64,000 nucleotides of DNA from Paracoccaceae bacterium (GTDB lineage: Bacteria > Pseudomonadota > Alphaproteobacteria > Rhodobacterales > Rhodobacteraceae). The translations under genes were made by a program, and so were the position numbers. Under the pieces are notes generated by a model, which was not told where the DNA came from, searched no databases, and saw only the letters and a list, made by a program, of their open reading frames with translations. The DNA lies in contig JBHJHI010000057.1 in NCBI GenBank assembly GCA_050330995.1, positions 1,649 to 65,648 on the forward strand, given 5' to 3'. The first letter of the stretch is position 1, and each line of letters starts with the position of its first letter. Below, piece by piece: positions 19,169 through 30,524 of this stretch.

Positions 19169-21289
19169 ATGACCACCGACGCCGGGACGAGCCCCGTGAC
19201 CTACGAGCGCCGCGGCGGGATCGGCGTGATCGTCATCGACAGCCCGCCCGTGAACGCGCTCGGTGCCGCGGTGCGTCGAGGCCTGACGGCCGCGCTGGAA
19301 CAGGGGCTCGCCGACGACGGCGCGCGCGCGCTCGTCGTCGCGGGCGCGGGGCGTACCTTCACCGCCGGCGCGGACATCCGCGAGTTCGGCAAACCGCCCG
19401 TCGAGCCCTCGCTGCCCGACGTCATCACGACCTTCGAGCGGGCCGAGAAGATCGTCGTCGCCGCGATCCACGGCAACGCGCTCGGCGGCGGGCTGGAGCT
19501 GGCGCTCGGCTGCGACTACCGCGTCGCGAGCGCGGACGCGAAGGTCGGGCTGCCGGAGGTCAAGCTCGGCATCCTGCCGGGCGCGGGCGGCACGCAGCGC
19601 CTGCCCCGCCTGATCGGCCCCGACAAGGCGCTCGACGTCATCGTCGGCGGCGCGCCGATCCCGGCGGCGAAGGCGAAGACGCTCGGCATCCTCGACGAGA
19701 TCGCCGACGGCGACGTGGTCGGGGCGGCGGTCGCCTTCGCCGAGCGGCTGGTCGCCGAGGGCGCCCCGCGCCGGCCCGTCGCCGCCATGGACGCCGAGCC
19801 GCCCGCGCCGGACTTCTTCGAGACCGCCGAGGCCGAGACGCGCCGCAGGAAGCGCGGCATGGAGGCGCCGCTCAAGTGCATCGAGGCGGTGCGCGCGGCG
19901 AGCGAGACCGCCTTCGACGAGGGCCTCGCGATCGAGCGCCGGCTGTTCGTGGAACTGCGCGACGGCGCGCAGTCGAAGGCGCTGCGCCACGTCTTCTTCG
20001 CCGAGCGCGAGGTCGCCAAGGTGCCCGGCCTCGCGAAGGACACGCCGAAGCGCACGGTCGAGCGCGCCGCCGTCATCGGCGCGGGGACGATGGGCGGGGG
20101 CATCGCCATGTGCTTCGCGGGCGCCGGCATCCCCGTGACGCTGCTGGAAGTCGAGGAGAAGGCGCTGGAGCGCGGCGTCGCCACCGTCCGGCGCAACTAC
20201 GAAGCGACCGCGAAGAAGGGTCGGATCAGCGCCGAGGACGTGGAGCAGCGCATGGGGCTGATCGCGCCCGCGCTCGACTACAAGGCGCTCGGCGAGGCCG
20301 ATCTCGTGATCGAGGCGGTATTCGAGGACATGGAGGTCAAGAAGCGCATCTTCTCCACGCTCGATTCCGTCTGCAAGCAGGACGCCGTGCTCGCCACCAA
20401 CACCTCGACGCTCGACATCGACGCGATCGCCTCGGCCACGTCGCGACCGGGCGACGTGGTGGGGATGCACTTCTTCAGCTCCGCCAACGTCATGCGCCTC
20501 CTGGAGGTCGTGCGCGGGCGCGAGACGGCGCCGGAGACGCTCGCGACCGCGATGGAGACCGGGCGCAAGCTCGGCAAGGTCTCCGTCGCCGTCGGCAACT
20601 GCCACGGCTTCGTCGGCAACCGCATGCTGCACAAGCGCCAGGCCGAGGCGATGCGGCTGGTGGAGGAAGGCGCGAACCCCGAGGACGTGGACCGCGTGCT
20701 CGTCGCCTTCGGCCTGCCGATGGGGCCGTTCGCGATGACCGACCTCGCCGGCCTCGACGTCGGCTGGCGCATCCGCGAGGCGCAGCGCAAGGCCGGGGCG
20801 CCGGACGCGCCGGCGCGCAACTGGCTCGACGCGCTGGCCGAGCAGGGCCGGCACGGGCAGAAGACCGGCGCCGGCGTCTACGCCTACGAGGAAGGCGGCC
20901 GCACGCCGACGCCCGACCCGAAGGTCGCCGAGATCATCGCTGGGGAGCGCGCCAGGAAGGGCGTGAACACGCGCGAGATCGGCGACGACGAGATCCTGAA
21001 GCGCTGCCTCCACGTCATGGTGAACGAGGGCGCGCGCATTCTCGAAGAGGGCATCGCCCCGCGCGCGCTCGACATCGACACCGTCTGGATCAACGGCTAC
21101 GGCTTTCCCGCCTGGCGCGGCGGCCCGATGTTCTGGGCCGACGAGGACGCGGGGCTGGCGACGATCCGCGACTACTGCGCCGGGATGCACGACGCCACGG
21201 GCCTCGACGTCTGGCGCCCCGCGGCCCTCCTCGACCGCCTCGCCCGCGAGGGCGGGCGCTTCGCCGATCTCGAAGGGACCCCCGCATGA
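19169..21289 (+). CDS. Bifunctional enoyl-CoA hydratase / 3-hydroxyacyl-CoA dehydrogenase (PimF/FadJ-like)
   Basis: [40 protein letters not shown]; [31 protein letters not shown]. Confidence 0.92.
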   Translation: MTTDAGTSPVTYERRGGIGVIVIDSPPVNALGAAVRRGLTAALEQGLADDGARALVVAGAGRTFTAGADIREFGKPPVEPSLPDVITTFERAEKIVVAAIHGNALGGGLELALGCDYRVASADAKVGLPEVKLGILPGAGGTQRLPRLIGPDKALDVIVGGAPIPAAKAKTLGILDEIADGDVVGAAVAFAERLVAEGAPRRPVAAMDAEPPAPDFFETAEAETRRRKRGMEAPLKCIEAVRAASETAFDEGLAIERRLFVELRDGAQSKALRHVFFAEREVAKVPGLAKDTPKRTVERAAVIGAGTMGGGIAMCFAGAGIPVTLLEVEEKALERGVATVRRNYEATAKKGRISAEDVEQRMGLIAPALDYKALGEADLVIEAVFEDMEVKKRIFSTLDSVCKQDAVLATNTSTLDIDAIASATSRPGDVVGMHFFSSANVMRLLEVVRGRETAPETLATAMETGRKLGKVSVAVGNCHGFVGNRMLHKRQAEAMRLVEEGANPEDVDRVLVAFGLPMGPFAMTDLAGLDVGWRIREAQRKAGAPDAPARNWLDALAEQGRHGQKTGAGVYAYEEGGRTPTPDPKVAEIIAGERARKGVNTREIGDDEILKRCLHVMVNEGARILEEGIAPRALDIDTVWINGYGFPAWRGGPMFWADEDAGLATIRDYCAGMHDATGLDVWRPAALLDRLAREGGRFADLEGTPA

Positions 21290-22467
21290 CCGACGCCGTC
21301 ATCGTCTCCACCGCGCGCACGCCGATCGGCAAGGCGTTCCGCGGCGCGTTCAACGCGACCCACGGCGCGGTCCTCGGCGGGCACGCCCTGCGCCACGCCG
21401 CCCTGCGCGCGGGCGTCGATCCGGCCGAGGTCGAGGACGTGATCTTCGGCTGCGGCCTGCCCGAGGCCGCCACCGGCAAGAACATCGCCCGCCTCTCGGC
21501 GATGCGCGCGGGCTTCCCGACCGCGGTCGCCGGCACGACGGTCAACCGCTTCTGCTCGTCGGGCCTTCAGGCCATCGCCATGGCCGCGCAGCGCGTGATC
21601 GTGGACCGCGTGCCGGTCATGGCGGCGGGCGGGGTCGAATCGATCAGTCTGACGCAGGCGAATCTGAACCAGACGCACCTCCAGGAAGACTGGCTGATGG
21701 AGCACCTGCCCGCGCTCTGGATGCCGATGATCGAGACCGCCGACATCGTCGCCGAGCGCTACGGCGTCGAGCGCGACGCCCAGGACGAGTACGCGCTCGC
21801 GAGCCAGCAGCGCACGGCCGAGGCGCAGTCGGCCGGGCGCTACGCCGACGAGATCGTGCCCCTCGAGACCGTCATGAAGGTCAAGGACAAGGCGACCGGC
21901 GAGGTCTCGGACAAGCGCGTCACCGCCGACCGCGACGAGTGCAACCGCCCCCAGACCACGCTCGACGGCCTCAAGGGGCTGGAGCCGGTGCGCGGGCCGG
22001 ACAAGCACGTCACCGCCGGCAACGCGAGCCAGCTCTCCGACGGCGCCTCGGCCTGCATCGTCATGGACGCGAAGCTCGCCGAGCGGCGCGGGCTGGAGCC
22101 GCTCGGCGTGTTCCGCGGCCTCGCGGTGGCGGGCTGCGAGCCGGACGAGATGGGCATCGGCCCCGTCTTCGCCGTGCCGCGCCTCTTGGAGCGCACGGGC
22201 AAGACGATGGACGACATCGACCTCTGGGAGCTGAACGAGGCCTTCGCGAGCCAGGTGCTACTCTGCCGCGACCGCCTCGGCATCCCGGACGAGAGACTGA
22301 ACGTGAACGGCGGCTCGATCTCGATCGGCCACCCCTACGGCATGACCGGCAGCCGCATGGTCGGCCACGCCCTCATCGAGGGCAAGCGCCGCGGCGCGAA
22401 GCACGTGGTCGTCACCATGTGCGTCGGCGGCGGCATGGGCGCGGCCGGGCTCTTCGAGGTCGCCTGA
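21286..22467 (+). CDS. Acetyl-CoA C-acyltransferase (thiolase, PimB-like)
   Basis: NRFCSSGLQ active-site Cys, [22 protein letters not shown]. Confidence 0.93.
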   Translation: MTDAVIVSTARTPIGKAFRGAFNATHGAVLGGHALRHAALRAGVDPAEVEDVIFGCGLPEAATGKNIARLSAMRAGFPTAVAGTTVNRFCSSGLQAIAMAAQRVIVDRVPVMAAGGVESISLTQANLNQTHLQEDWLMEHLPALWMPMIETADIVAERYGVERDAQDEYALASQQRTAEAQSAGRYADEIVPLETVMKVKDKATGEVSDKRVTADRDECNRPQTTLDGLKGLEPVRGPDKHVTAGNASQLSDGASACIVMDAKLAERRGLEPLGVFRGLAVAGCEPDEMGIGPVFAVPRLLERTGKTMDDIDLWELNEAFASQVLLCRDRLGIPDERLNVNGGSISIGHPYGMTGSRMVGHALIEGKRRGAKHVVVTMCVGGGMGAAGLFEVA

Positions 22468-22488
22468 GATCCGGAGGGAGGACGGTCC

Positions 22489-22656
22489 GTGGACTTCGAC
22501 CGTACGCCCGAGGAGAACGCCGTCGGCACGGAAGCGCGCGCCTTCCTCGCCGACGACCTGCCGAGCGACATCGCCGAGCCGGTGAAGAGCCACGAGCGGC
22601 TCTCCCGGGACGACTGCGGGCGCTGACACGCCGTCCTCGACGCGCGCGGCCAGTGA
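22489..22656 (+). pseudogene. Truncated acyl-CoA dehydrogenase (PimC-like) N-terminal fragment
   Basis: Strong GGAGGGAGG RBS; VDFDRTPEENAVGTEARAFLADDLPSDIAEPVKSHERLSRDDCGR*HAVLDARGQ* resembles the ACAD N-terminus, with in-frame TGA at 22624 and 22654. Confidence 0.7.
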
Positions 22657-22791
22657 CCGCAAAGCCGGGACGGGCATTGCGGGCGGCAAGCTGGTTTGCA
22701 GGCGCGGGCGACCCCTTGGCGCGGTCGCGGAGGCGCTTAGCTGACCCCGCGCGACCCTGCGTGCGGCCGCGACCATACCGGAGACCCGTCG

Positions 22792-23823
22792 ATGACCACG
22801 GCCAAGCGCATCGTCCTCGCCGAGCGTCCCTCGGGCATGCCCGACGAGACGCACCTGACGCTCTCGGAGGTCGAGGTCCCCGCGCCGGGCCGCGGCGAGA
22901 TGCTTCTGCGCACGATCTACCTCTCGCTCGACCCCTACATGCGCGGGCGCATGAACGCCGCGCGCTCCTACGCCGAGCCCGTCGGGATCGGCGAGACCAT
23001 GACCGGCGGCACGGTCTGCGAGGTGATCGAGAGCCGCCTCGACGGTTTCGCGCCCGGCGACGTGGTGCTCTCGCACTCGGGCTGGACCACGCACGCGCTC
23101 TCCGACGGCGCGGGCGTGCGCAGGCTCGACCCGAAGGCGGCGCCCGTTACCACGGCGGTCGGGGTCATGGGCATGCCCGGCATGACCGCCTACGTCGGCC
23201 TCCTAGACCACGGCCGCCCGAAGGAAGGCGAGACGGTCGTGGTCTCGGCCGCCTCCGGCGCGGTCGGGCAGGTGGTCGGCCAGATCGCCAGGATGAAGGG
23301 CTGCCGCGTCGTCGGCGTCGCGGGCGCGGACGACAAGTGCGGCTACGTCACCGGCGAGCTCGGCTTCGACGCGGCCGTGAACTACAAGGCCGAAGACTTC
23401 CCCGACTGCCTCGCGCGGGCCTGCACCGACGGCGTCGATATCTACTTCGAGAACGTCGGCGGCGCGGTGTTCGACGCGGTGCTGCCGCTCATGAACGACT
23501 TCGGCCGCATCCCCGTCTGCGGGCGGATCGCGAGCTACAACGACGCGCACGCCGACGGCCCCGACCGGCTGACCAGGGCCATGGGGCTCGTGCTCACGCG
23601 CCGGCTGACGCTGCGCGGCTTCATCGTCTGGGACCATCGCGAGCGCCAGGACGACTTCCTGCGCGACATGAGCCAGTGGATCGCGGACGGGCGCGTGCGC
23701 TACCGCGAGGACGTCGTCGAGGGCCTGGAGAACGCGGTCGAGGCGTTCCGGGGCCTGCTCTCGGGGCGCAACCGCGGCAAGCTGATCGTCAAGGTCGGCG
23801 AGGACCCGACCGGCCGCACATGA
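22792..23823 (+). CDS. NADP-dependent oxidoreductase (CurA/YncB, prostaglandin-reductase-like MDR)
   Basis: LSLDPYMRGRM, GMPGMTAY, SAASGAVG, YFENVGG, CGRIASYN, GRNRGKLIV. Confidence 0.9.
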   Translation: MTTAKRIVLAERPSGMPDETHLTLSEVEVPAPGRGEMLLRTIYLSLDPYMRGRMNAARSYAEPVGIGETMTGGTVCEVIESRLDGFAPGDVVLSHSGWTTHALSDGAGVRRLDPKAAPVTTAVGVMGMPGMTAYVGLLDHGRPKEGETVVVSAASGAVGQVVGQIARMKGCRVVGVAGADDKCGYVTGELGFDAAVNYKAEDFPDCLARACTDGVDIYFENVGGAVFDAVLPLMNDFGRIPVCGRIASYNDAHADGPDRLTRAMGLVLTRRLTLRGFIVWDHRERQDDFLRDMSQWIADGRVRYREDVVEGLENAVEAFRGLLSGRNRGKLIVKVGEDPTGRT

Positions 23824-25232
23824 CCACCGCTCCCTCGCCCTGGCTCGCCGTGCTCGCGGTGATGCTGGGCACGCTCTCGGTGGTGATCGAGACCACCATC
23901 ATCACCGTCGCCGTCCCCGAGATCCGCGCGACCTACGCGCTGTCGCAGACTGCCGTGCAGTGGGTCGCGGGCGGCTTCTTCGCTGCAATGTCGGTGACCA
24001 TGCTGGTGAGCGGCTGGACGGCCGAGCGCTTCGGCCTCAGGCGCACCTACGTCGCCGCCCTCTGCGCCTTCGTCCTGGCCTCGCTCGTCGGCGGGCTCGC
24101 GCCGAGCTACGGCGTCGTGGTGGCCGCGCGCGTGGCGCAGGGCGCGGCGGCGGGGATCGTGCAGCCGCTGGCACTCGTGGTGCTGTTCCGCGCCTTCCCG
24201 CCGGAGCGGCGCGGCTTCGGCATGGGGGTCTACGGCCTCGGGGTGATCCTCGGCCCGGCGATGGCGCCCGCGCTCGGCGGGCTGCTCGTCGACGCCTACT
24301 CCTGGCGCGCGGTGTTCCTGGTGGCCGCGCCCTTCTGCCTCGCGAGCATCCTCGCCGCGCTCGCCTTCCTGAAGATCGAGGTGGCGAGCGAGCGGCCGCG
24401 CCCGTTCGACGCCCTCGGCCTCGCGCTACTCGCGGGCGCGCTGCCCGTGTTCCTCTGGGGCCTCGCCAACGCTCAGGCGCGCGGCTGGGGCGATCCCGCG
24501 ATCCTCGCCGCCTTGGGCGGCGGCGCGGGCCTCGCCGCGCTGTTCGTGCGCCGCCAGCTCGCGAGCCCCGCGCCCATGGTCGATCTCGGCGTGCATCGCG
24601 TGCCGGGCTTCGGCGCGGCGCTCGCGCTCGCCTTCGTGCTCGGCGCGGGGTTGTTCGGCACCACCTACCTGCTGCCGCTCTACGCCCAGGACATCCACGC
24701 CATGACCGCGGCCGAGAGCGGGCTCCTCTTGATGCCGGCGGGCCTCGCGATGGCGGGCATCTTCCCGCTCGCGGGCCATCTGGCCGACCGGGTGCGCGTC
24801 GAGCTGCCGATCCTCGCGGGCCTCGCCGCGCTCGCGGTCTCGACGGCAATGATCGCCGGCGCCGAGAGGGCGACGCCGTTCCTCGTGCTCGTCGCCTGGA
24901 CGCTGGTCGGCCGGCTCGGGCTCGGGCTCATGATGCCGTCGATCAACACCGGCGGGCTGCGGCAGTTGCCGGCCGATCTGGTCACGCACGGCTCCAGCGC
25001 GATCTCCTTCGCGCGCCAGCTCGGCGGCACCTTCGGCGTCAACCTGCTCGCGGTGGTGCTGGAGCGGCGGACGGCCGTGCGCGCCGAGACGCTCGGCCAC
25101 GAGGAGGCCTACCGCCTCGCCTTCCACGACGCCTTCATGGCGCTCGCCGCGGTGGTGGCGCTGGCCGCGGTGCCCGCGCTCGCCATGGGCCGCGCCGACC
25201 GCCGCCGCGCCGCGACGCCAGCGGCGCGCTGA
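23820..25232 (+). CDS. DHA2-family (EmrB/QacA-like) MFS efflux transporter
   Basis: ETTIITVAVPEI, ERFGLRR, GPAMAPALGG, RQLGGTFG; ATGA overlap. Confidence 0.85.
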   Translation: MTTAPSPWLAVLAVMLGTLSVVIETTIITVAVPEIRATYALSQTAVQWVAGGFFAAMSVTMLVSGWTAERFGLRRTYVAALCAFVLASLVGGLAPSYGVVVAARVAQGAAAGIVQPLALVVLFRAFPPERRGFGMGVYGLGVILGPAMAPALGGLLVDAYSWRAVFLVAAPFCLASILAALAFLKIEVASERPRPFDALGLALLAGALPVFLWGLANAQARGWGDPAILAALGGGAGLAALFVRRQLASPAPMVDLGVHRVPGFGAALALAFVLGAGLFGTTYLLPLYAQDIHAMTAAESGLLLMPAGLAMAGIFPLAGHLADRVRVELPILAGLAALAVSTAMIAGAERATPFLVLVAWTLVGRLGLGLMMPSINTGGLRQLPADLVTHGSSAISFARQLGGTFGVNLLAVVLERRTAVRAETLGHEEAYRLAFHDAFMALAAVVALAAVPALAMGRADRRRAATPAAR

Positions 25233-25972
25233 GCGCTCGTCCCGGCTGCGCGGACCGTTCCGGCAGGACGAACGGCTCCGCGTCGGCCCCCGCCGCCGCT
25301 CGCGAGGCGCGACACCGCCTTGGGAGCGATGGGCCGTCCGGGCCGACGACCTCGCCGGTGTTCGAGCGGATCCGCGCACCCGAGGCGCGGCGCGGGCCGA
25401 TCGTGCCCTTGCGGCTCTCGCCGATGATGGCAGCGTCGCCGAGCGGCGGCGCCGGGTCGTGGATCGGTTTCGCGCCATGGCTGGTCCCGGCCTCTTCTCT
25501 CCCCGACGACGAGACGGACGGTGCCGGAACTCGATAAGCCGCTTTCTGGCGATCCGCCGCGGCAAGCCTCGTTCGGCGCGGCCGACGACGACCGGCCGAG
25601 CTAGCGCGGCGCCGTGCAGTCGTGCCCGATCGGCGCCCATCCCGCGTGCGGGGGCCGTCCGCCCGCCGCTGCCACCCTCGCCGGCAGCGCGACGCCGCTG
25701 CCGAGGCGCTCGCTTCGGCCGGGCCGCGTAGCGGAGGGGCTGCTCCTCGCGGCCAGGCCGCGCGTGGCGGTGCAGGGCGACGGGCGACCGGGCCGCATGG
25801 CCGAGACGTTCGCGCTCTACGTGCCGTGAGGCCGATCCGGCCCCGAGCGGGGGCGGGATCGGGGCTGGACGACCCGTCGGGCTGCGGCACCGGGGGCGGC
25901 TTGACGCATGGGCGGCGATCGCCACCTTCGATGGATCGTGATGCGGTGCGGCAGGAGCGGGGGAGCACGCCG

Positions 25973-26803
25973 ATGCGCAGGAGGACAAACTACGTCGCCC
26001 CGAGCGCCGTCGCGACCGCGCCCGAGGGCGAGCGGCAGTTCGTCTCGGCATTGCATCGCGGGCTCGAGATCCTGCGCGCGTTCCGGCCTGCCGACGCGGC
26101 GGGCCTCGGCAATCTGGAACTCGCCAACCGCACCGGGCTGCCGACCTCGACCGTCTCGCGGCTGACCTACACGCTCTCGAAGCTCGGCTACCTGATCTAC
26201 GAGGAGCCGACCGGGCGCTATCGCATGGGGATGGCGGTCCTGAGCCTCGGCTACGCGTGCCTCGGCGGCATGCGCATCCGCGAGACCGCGCGCGTCCACA
26301 TGCAGGACATGGCCGATCGGGTCGGGCCGGGCGTCCTCATCGCCCTCGGCAGCCGCGACGAGTTCGCGATGACCTACGTCGCCTGCGCGCGCTCGGGGGG
26401 CATGATCTCGCTGCAGCTCGACGTGGGCTCGCGCATCTCGCTCGCCCGCTCGGCCATGGGGCGCGCCTACATCGCCGGCGCCACCGACGAGGAGCGCGGC
26501 CTCCTGCTCTCGCGCCTGCGCGAGCGGGTCGGCGAGGACGAATGGCCACGGATCGAGGACGGTATCCTCGACGCGGTTGAGCAGGTCCGCACGAAGGGCT
26601 TCTACACCAACGTCGGCCAGTGGCAGCCGGACGTCAACGCGGTCGCCGTCCCCTTCCGGCCGCCCTACGGCGATCCGCGCCTGCTCGCCTTCAACGCTGG
26701 CGGGCCGGCTTATCTCCTGCCACGCGAGCGTCTGGAGGACGAGCTCGGCCCGCGCCTCGTCCGCCTCGCGGGCACCGTCCTGCAGGCGGGCGAGGCGGGG
26801 TAG
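25973..26803 (+). CDS. IclR-family transcriptional regulator
   Basis: RGLEILRAF...ELANRTGLPTSTVSRLTYTL HTH; SAMGRAY and WQPDVNAVAVP effector domain. Confidence 0.9.
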   Translation: MRRRTNYVAPSAVATAPEGERQFVSALHRGLEILRAFRPADAAGLGNLELANRTGLPTSTVSRLTYTLSKLGYLIYEEPTGRYRMGMAVLSLGYACLGGMRIRETARVHMQDMADRVGPGVLIALGSRDEFAMTYVACARSGGMISLQLDVGSRISLARSAMGRAYIAGATDEERGLLLSRLRERVGEDEWPRIEDGILDAVEQVRTKGFYTNVGQWQPDVNAVAVPFRPPYGDPRLLAFNAGGPAYLLPRERLEDELGPRLVRLAGTVLQAGEAG

Positions 26804-27406
26804 GGCGGTCGCCCCGCCCGACCTGAACGGCCAGGCGCCACGGGAGATCGTCAGGAACGGCGACTTGCGTCGCACGGCCAACGGCGGCTTGCGCCGCATG
26901 GTCTGGGGCGGCCGTCGCACGAGCCTTCTGGCGGGTAGAGTGGCTGATGCCCGAAGCTTGGGGAGGTCTCGTCGTCGTGTGGGGTCCGCCCGCGATCCGC
27001 TCCCATGGTGTCGGCGCTGGAAAGCGAACGGTTCGATCCATAGCCCCGAAAGGCGATCCCGCACCGAACACGCTCGCCTCGGGTGCGGTCGATCCGAGCG
27101 GGCATGACCGGCGAGCGCCTTCGGGATGCCGCCCGGCGAGGCGCGGTCCACGCCGGGAAGCAGACGATTCTGCGCGACGAGGGCGGCGTGGCGGCGTTCC
27201 CCGTCAACCACGCCACGGCGCTGCGCGGCACGGTGCGCCACGGCCGGATGGCGTCGGACGACGCCTTCCGGCCGGCGCCTTGCGGAACGGTGGTGGCCCG
27301 GGCGAGGCGTCGCGAACGCTCGTCGCCCTCGTGTGCGGTCGAGATCAGGATCGGCGTGCCGGATCGCCGGAGAAGGCCGGACGCATACGGCCGCGCGTCG
27401 CGGGGG

Positions 27407-27823
27407 TCACCTGTTGTCGAGTTTCAGCTCGCGCAGCATCCGCGTCGCGTCCCCGGACTGGGGCGTGCGCCGCGCCAGGTCGGTGAAGCGGTTCGACGGC
27501 GCGTCGTCGCCGAGGAGGTCGCCGAGGCCGTCGATCCTGACGTCCTCGCCGTCGGCGCCGAACGCGCCGTCCAGGAACGAGCCGAACGCGTCCTGCAGGG
27601 CGGCGGCGTCGATGTCCCCGCCGGAGAACAGATCCGTGAGGACCGAGACCAGCGGGCTGGCCGCGTCCGCACCGGCCTCGCCCGACGCCGGGCCGGCGGA
27701 CGCGGACCGCCCGCTCTGCTCGACGTTGACGAACTTCGGCTGCGCCTCGGCGGTCGGGGGCGTTCCCCCAGCAATACAAATGGCGAGCGACGTGGTGGTC
27801 GCGAAGCGCAAGACGAATGACAT
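27407..27823 (-). CDS. Hypothetical secreted acidic protein
   Basis: Signal-peptide-like N-terminus ending AEA-Q; Asp/Gly-rich body; RBS-like GGGAG upstream. Confidence 0.55.
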   Translation of the reverse strand: MSFVLRFATTTSLAICIAGGTPPTAEAQPKFVNVEQSGRSASAGPASGEAGADAASPLVSVLTDLFSGGDIDAAALQDAFGSFLDGAFGADGEDVRIDGLGDLLGDDAPSNRFTDLARRTPQSGDATRMLRELKLDNR

Positions 27824-28124
27824 GGCAACTCCCGGTGTACCCGTTCGAATACCTATAATCCCATGTCCTTTAGGATATTCCCCGATCCGGGCGAGAAAAA
27901 GGAGCATCTCCGATTTGCAACTCCGGCGCGAGGTGCCGTTTCCTTCCGGGAACGAGGCGGCTGGCTCGTCGCTCCGGCGGGCCGGCGTCCGCCTGCCGCC
28001 GACCCGTCGCGCGTCCGGTCGAACCGCCACCAGCGACCGGAGCGCGTGACCCGATCCTGCCGTGTCGCGCGTTCCGGGCTCTCTTTCCGGCGCGCTCTCG
28101 TCCCGCTCGGGCGGGACGAGCGCT

Positions 28125-29633
28125 CTACTGCGCCGGGACCGGCTGCTTGCGATCGCGTTCGGTGATGATCGAGAACAGGCGCTGCTGCTCGGCCGCCCAG
28201 GCCTCGATGTCGTAGCGGCGCACCTTGTCGCGAAGCGCGCTCATGCGCGCGCGACGCTCCTCCTCGCCCATGGCGAGCGCCTGATCGATCGCGCTGTCCA
28301 TCGAGCGGTGCGAGAACGGATTGCAGAGCACCGCCTCCTCCATCTCGATCGCCACGCCCGCGAACTCGGAGAGCACCAGCACGCCGTCGCCGTCGGTGCG
28401 CGCGGCGACGAACTCCTCGGCGACGAGGTTGAGCCCGTCGGCGAGCGGCGTGATCCAGGCGACGTCGGCCGCGCGGTAGTAGGCCACGAGATCGCGGAAC
28501 GGGATCGGCGTCGAGATGAGCGAGACGGGCTGCCACTCGAACGAGCCGTAGGCGCCGTTGAGGCGGCCGGCGGTCGTCTCGATGGTCTCCTGCACCTCGG
28601 CGTAGGCCTCCATGTTGCGGTTGGCGCTGACCGAGACGTGCATGAGGCGGACCTGCTTGTGCAGATCCGGCCGGCGCTGCAGCAGCCGCTCGTAGGCCTG
28701 GAGCAGTTCGACGCCGCCCTTGGTGTAGTCGGTGCGCCCGACCGAGATCACGAGCCGCTTCTCGCCGAGCTCCTCCTCGATCTCGCGCTGGAGGCTCGCG
28801 GTCTCCTCCGAGCGCGCGACCTCGTCGATGTAGTCGACGTCGACGCCCACCGGGAAGGACGACAGCAGGATGCGCCGGCCCTCGTACTCGATCTCGGTCG
28901 GGGTCGACTGCTCGGAGAGCGCCTGTCCCGAGGGCGAGAAGTCCGACCGGGTCTTCTCCTTGTCGGTGACGCGGATGTCGAAGCGCGAGTGCGCCACGCT
29001 GACGAAGTTGGCCGCGTAGCGCGGGATGTGAAAGCCGATGACGTCGCAGGCGAGCAGGGACTCGACGATCTCGCGCCGCCAGGGCAGCACGTTGAACATG
29101 TCCGCGGCCGGGAACGGCGTGTGGTGGAAGAAGGCGATCTTGGCCTCGGGCTTCAGGCGGCGCACGTACTGCGGCACCAGCCAGAGGTTGTAGTCGTGCA
29201 CCCAGATCACGCTGTCGTCGTCGGCCTCGGCCGCCGCCGCCTCGGCGAAGGCCCAGTTGACCTCGCGAAACGTCGGCCAGTCGACGGGGTCGTAGTTATA
29301 GCGATCCTTGAACGAGTGCAGGATCGGCCAGATCGCCTCCTTCGAGGTGACGTGGTAGAAGCTCGATACCTGCTCCTTGGTGAGCGGCAGGCGGCTCACC
29401 GTGTAGCTGCCGTAGCTGTCGTCGATCTCGACCCGGCGCTCGAAGTCGGGATTGGCGGGGTCGTCGGCGTATTTCCAGGCGATCCAGGCGCCGTCGCGGT
29501 TGCGCCCGAAGAACGACTTGAGCGTCGGCACGATGCCGTTCGGGCTCTTGTTCTCCTTGCGGACGAGCTGGCCGTTCTCGACCACCTCCTCGTAGGGCTG
29601 GCGGTGATAGACGATGACGAGCTTGGCGGTCAT
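28125..29633 (-). CDS. ggpS: Glucosylglycerol-phosphate synthase (GT20)
   Basis: N-terminal [10 protein letters not shown]...[10 protein letters not shown] characteristic of GgpS rather than OtsA; [33 protein letters not shown]. Confidence 0.88.
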   Translation of the reverse strand: MTAKLVIVYHRQPYEEVVENGQLVRKENKSPNGIVPTLKSFFGRNRDGAWIAWKYADDPANPDFERRVEIDDSYGSYTVSRLPLTKEQVSSFYHVTSKEAIWPILHSFKDRYNYDPVDWPTFREVNWAFAEAAAAEADDDSVIWVHDYNLWLVPQYVRRLKPEAKIAFFHHTPFPAADMFNVLPWRREIVESLLACDVIGFHIPRYAANFVSVAHSRFDIRVTDKEKTRSDFSPSGQALSEQSTPTEIEYEGRRILLSSFPVGVDVDYIDEVARSEETASLQREIEEELGEKRLVISVGRTDYTKGGVELLQAYERLLQRRPDLHKQVRLMHVSVSANRNMEAYAEVQETIETTAGRLNGAYGSFEWQPVSLISTPIPFRDLVAYYRAADVAWITPLADGLNLVAEEFVAARTDGDGVLVLSEFAGVAIEMEEAVLCNPFSHRSMDSAIDQALAMGEEERRARMSALRDKVRRYDIEAWAAEQQRLFSIITERDRKQPVPAQ

Positions 29634-30520
29634 AGGATCCCCCGTGGCGCCGGATCGTGCAGGCCGAAGTGGCTGATAGCGTCCATGATGCCGGCGGCGC
29701 CCTCGCCTTCGGCCTTCAGGACGCGCTCGCTGTCGGGCAGGCGCGCGAGCAGTTCCGCCTCGCTGTTGCCGACGGCGACGGCGCGGAAAGCGTCCTGCGA
29801 CAGCATCGACAGATCGTTCAGTGTGTCGCCCGCGACCAGGACCCGGTCGTCGGTGATGCCGAGCCGGCGGGTCAGGCGCAAGAGCGACGGTCCCTTGGAG
29901 ACGCCCCTCGGCAGGACGTCGAAGAAGCGGTCGTCGGAGACCAGCCAGTCGAGACCCATCTCCTCGACCGCGCCCTTGGCGTCCTCGTCGAACGCCTTGG
30001 GGTCGAGGTCGTAGCTGACGCGGAAGCGGTGCGGCTCGGGTTGCAGGGTCAGGCCCGGCCAGCCGTCCAGGCGCTCGCGCACCTTATCGCCGGCGTCGCC
30101 CCAAGCTTCGGCGATCGCCTCTTCCAGCTCCATCATCGGGCGGACCTCGCCACCTGGGCCGACCGGGGCCATCTTGGCGATGGTGGTGCCGACGTCGCCC
30201 ACGACGAAGTCCGGCCAGGGCACGAAGCCGTCGCCGCACATCCCTTCGATGAACTTCGGGTCGCGTCCGGTGACGAAGATCAGCCCGACGCTCGCGCGGT
30301 GCTTCCCGATCCAGTCGTAGAGCTGGCGGCGATCCCCGTCGGTGCCGCCGAGGAAGGTGCCGTCGAGGTCGGTCGCGAGCACGAAGGTCCAGGCTTCGGC
30401 GTGCGCGCGCATCTCCTCCAGCGGGCCGGACTGGGTGCAGTCGTAGCGCGCGGTGTGCTGCTCCATGTGCCGGTAGGCCCGGCCGGGCTTCACGGTCAGA
30501 AGGTCGCGCCAGTCGGTCAT
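29630..30520 (-). CDS. HAD-IIB family hydrolase (SPP/MPGP-like; candidate glucosylglycerol-phosphate phosphatase)
   Basis: LATDLDGT motif I, VTGR motif II, DVLPRGVSKG, AGDTLNDLSM motif IV; ATGA overlap with ggpS. Confidence 0.8.
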   Translation of the reverse strand: MTDWRDLLTVKPGRAYRHMEQHTARYDCTQSGPLEEMRAHAEAWTFVLATDLDGTFLGGTDGDRRQLYDWIGKHRASVGLIFVTGRDPKFIEGMCGDGFVPWPDFVVGDVGTTIAKMAPVGPGGEVRPMMELEEAIAEAWGDAGDKVRERLDGWPGLTLQPEPHRFRVSYDLDPKAFDEDAKGAVEEMGLDWLVSDDRFFDVLPRGVSKGPSLLRLTRRLGITDDRVLVAGDTLNDLSMLSQDAFRAVAVGNSEAELLARLPDSERVLKAEGEGAAGIMDAISHFGLHDPAPRGIL

Positions 30521-30524
30521 GAGG

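Noticed and set aside
26804-27400. Possible glycosyltransferase remnant (ILRDEGGVAAFPVNHATAL)
   Set aside because: Too short and weak to distinguish from noise.
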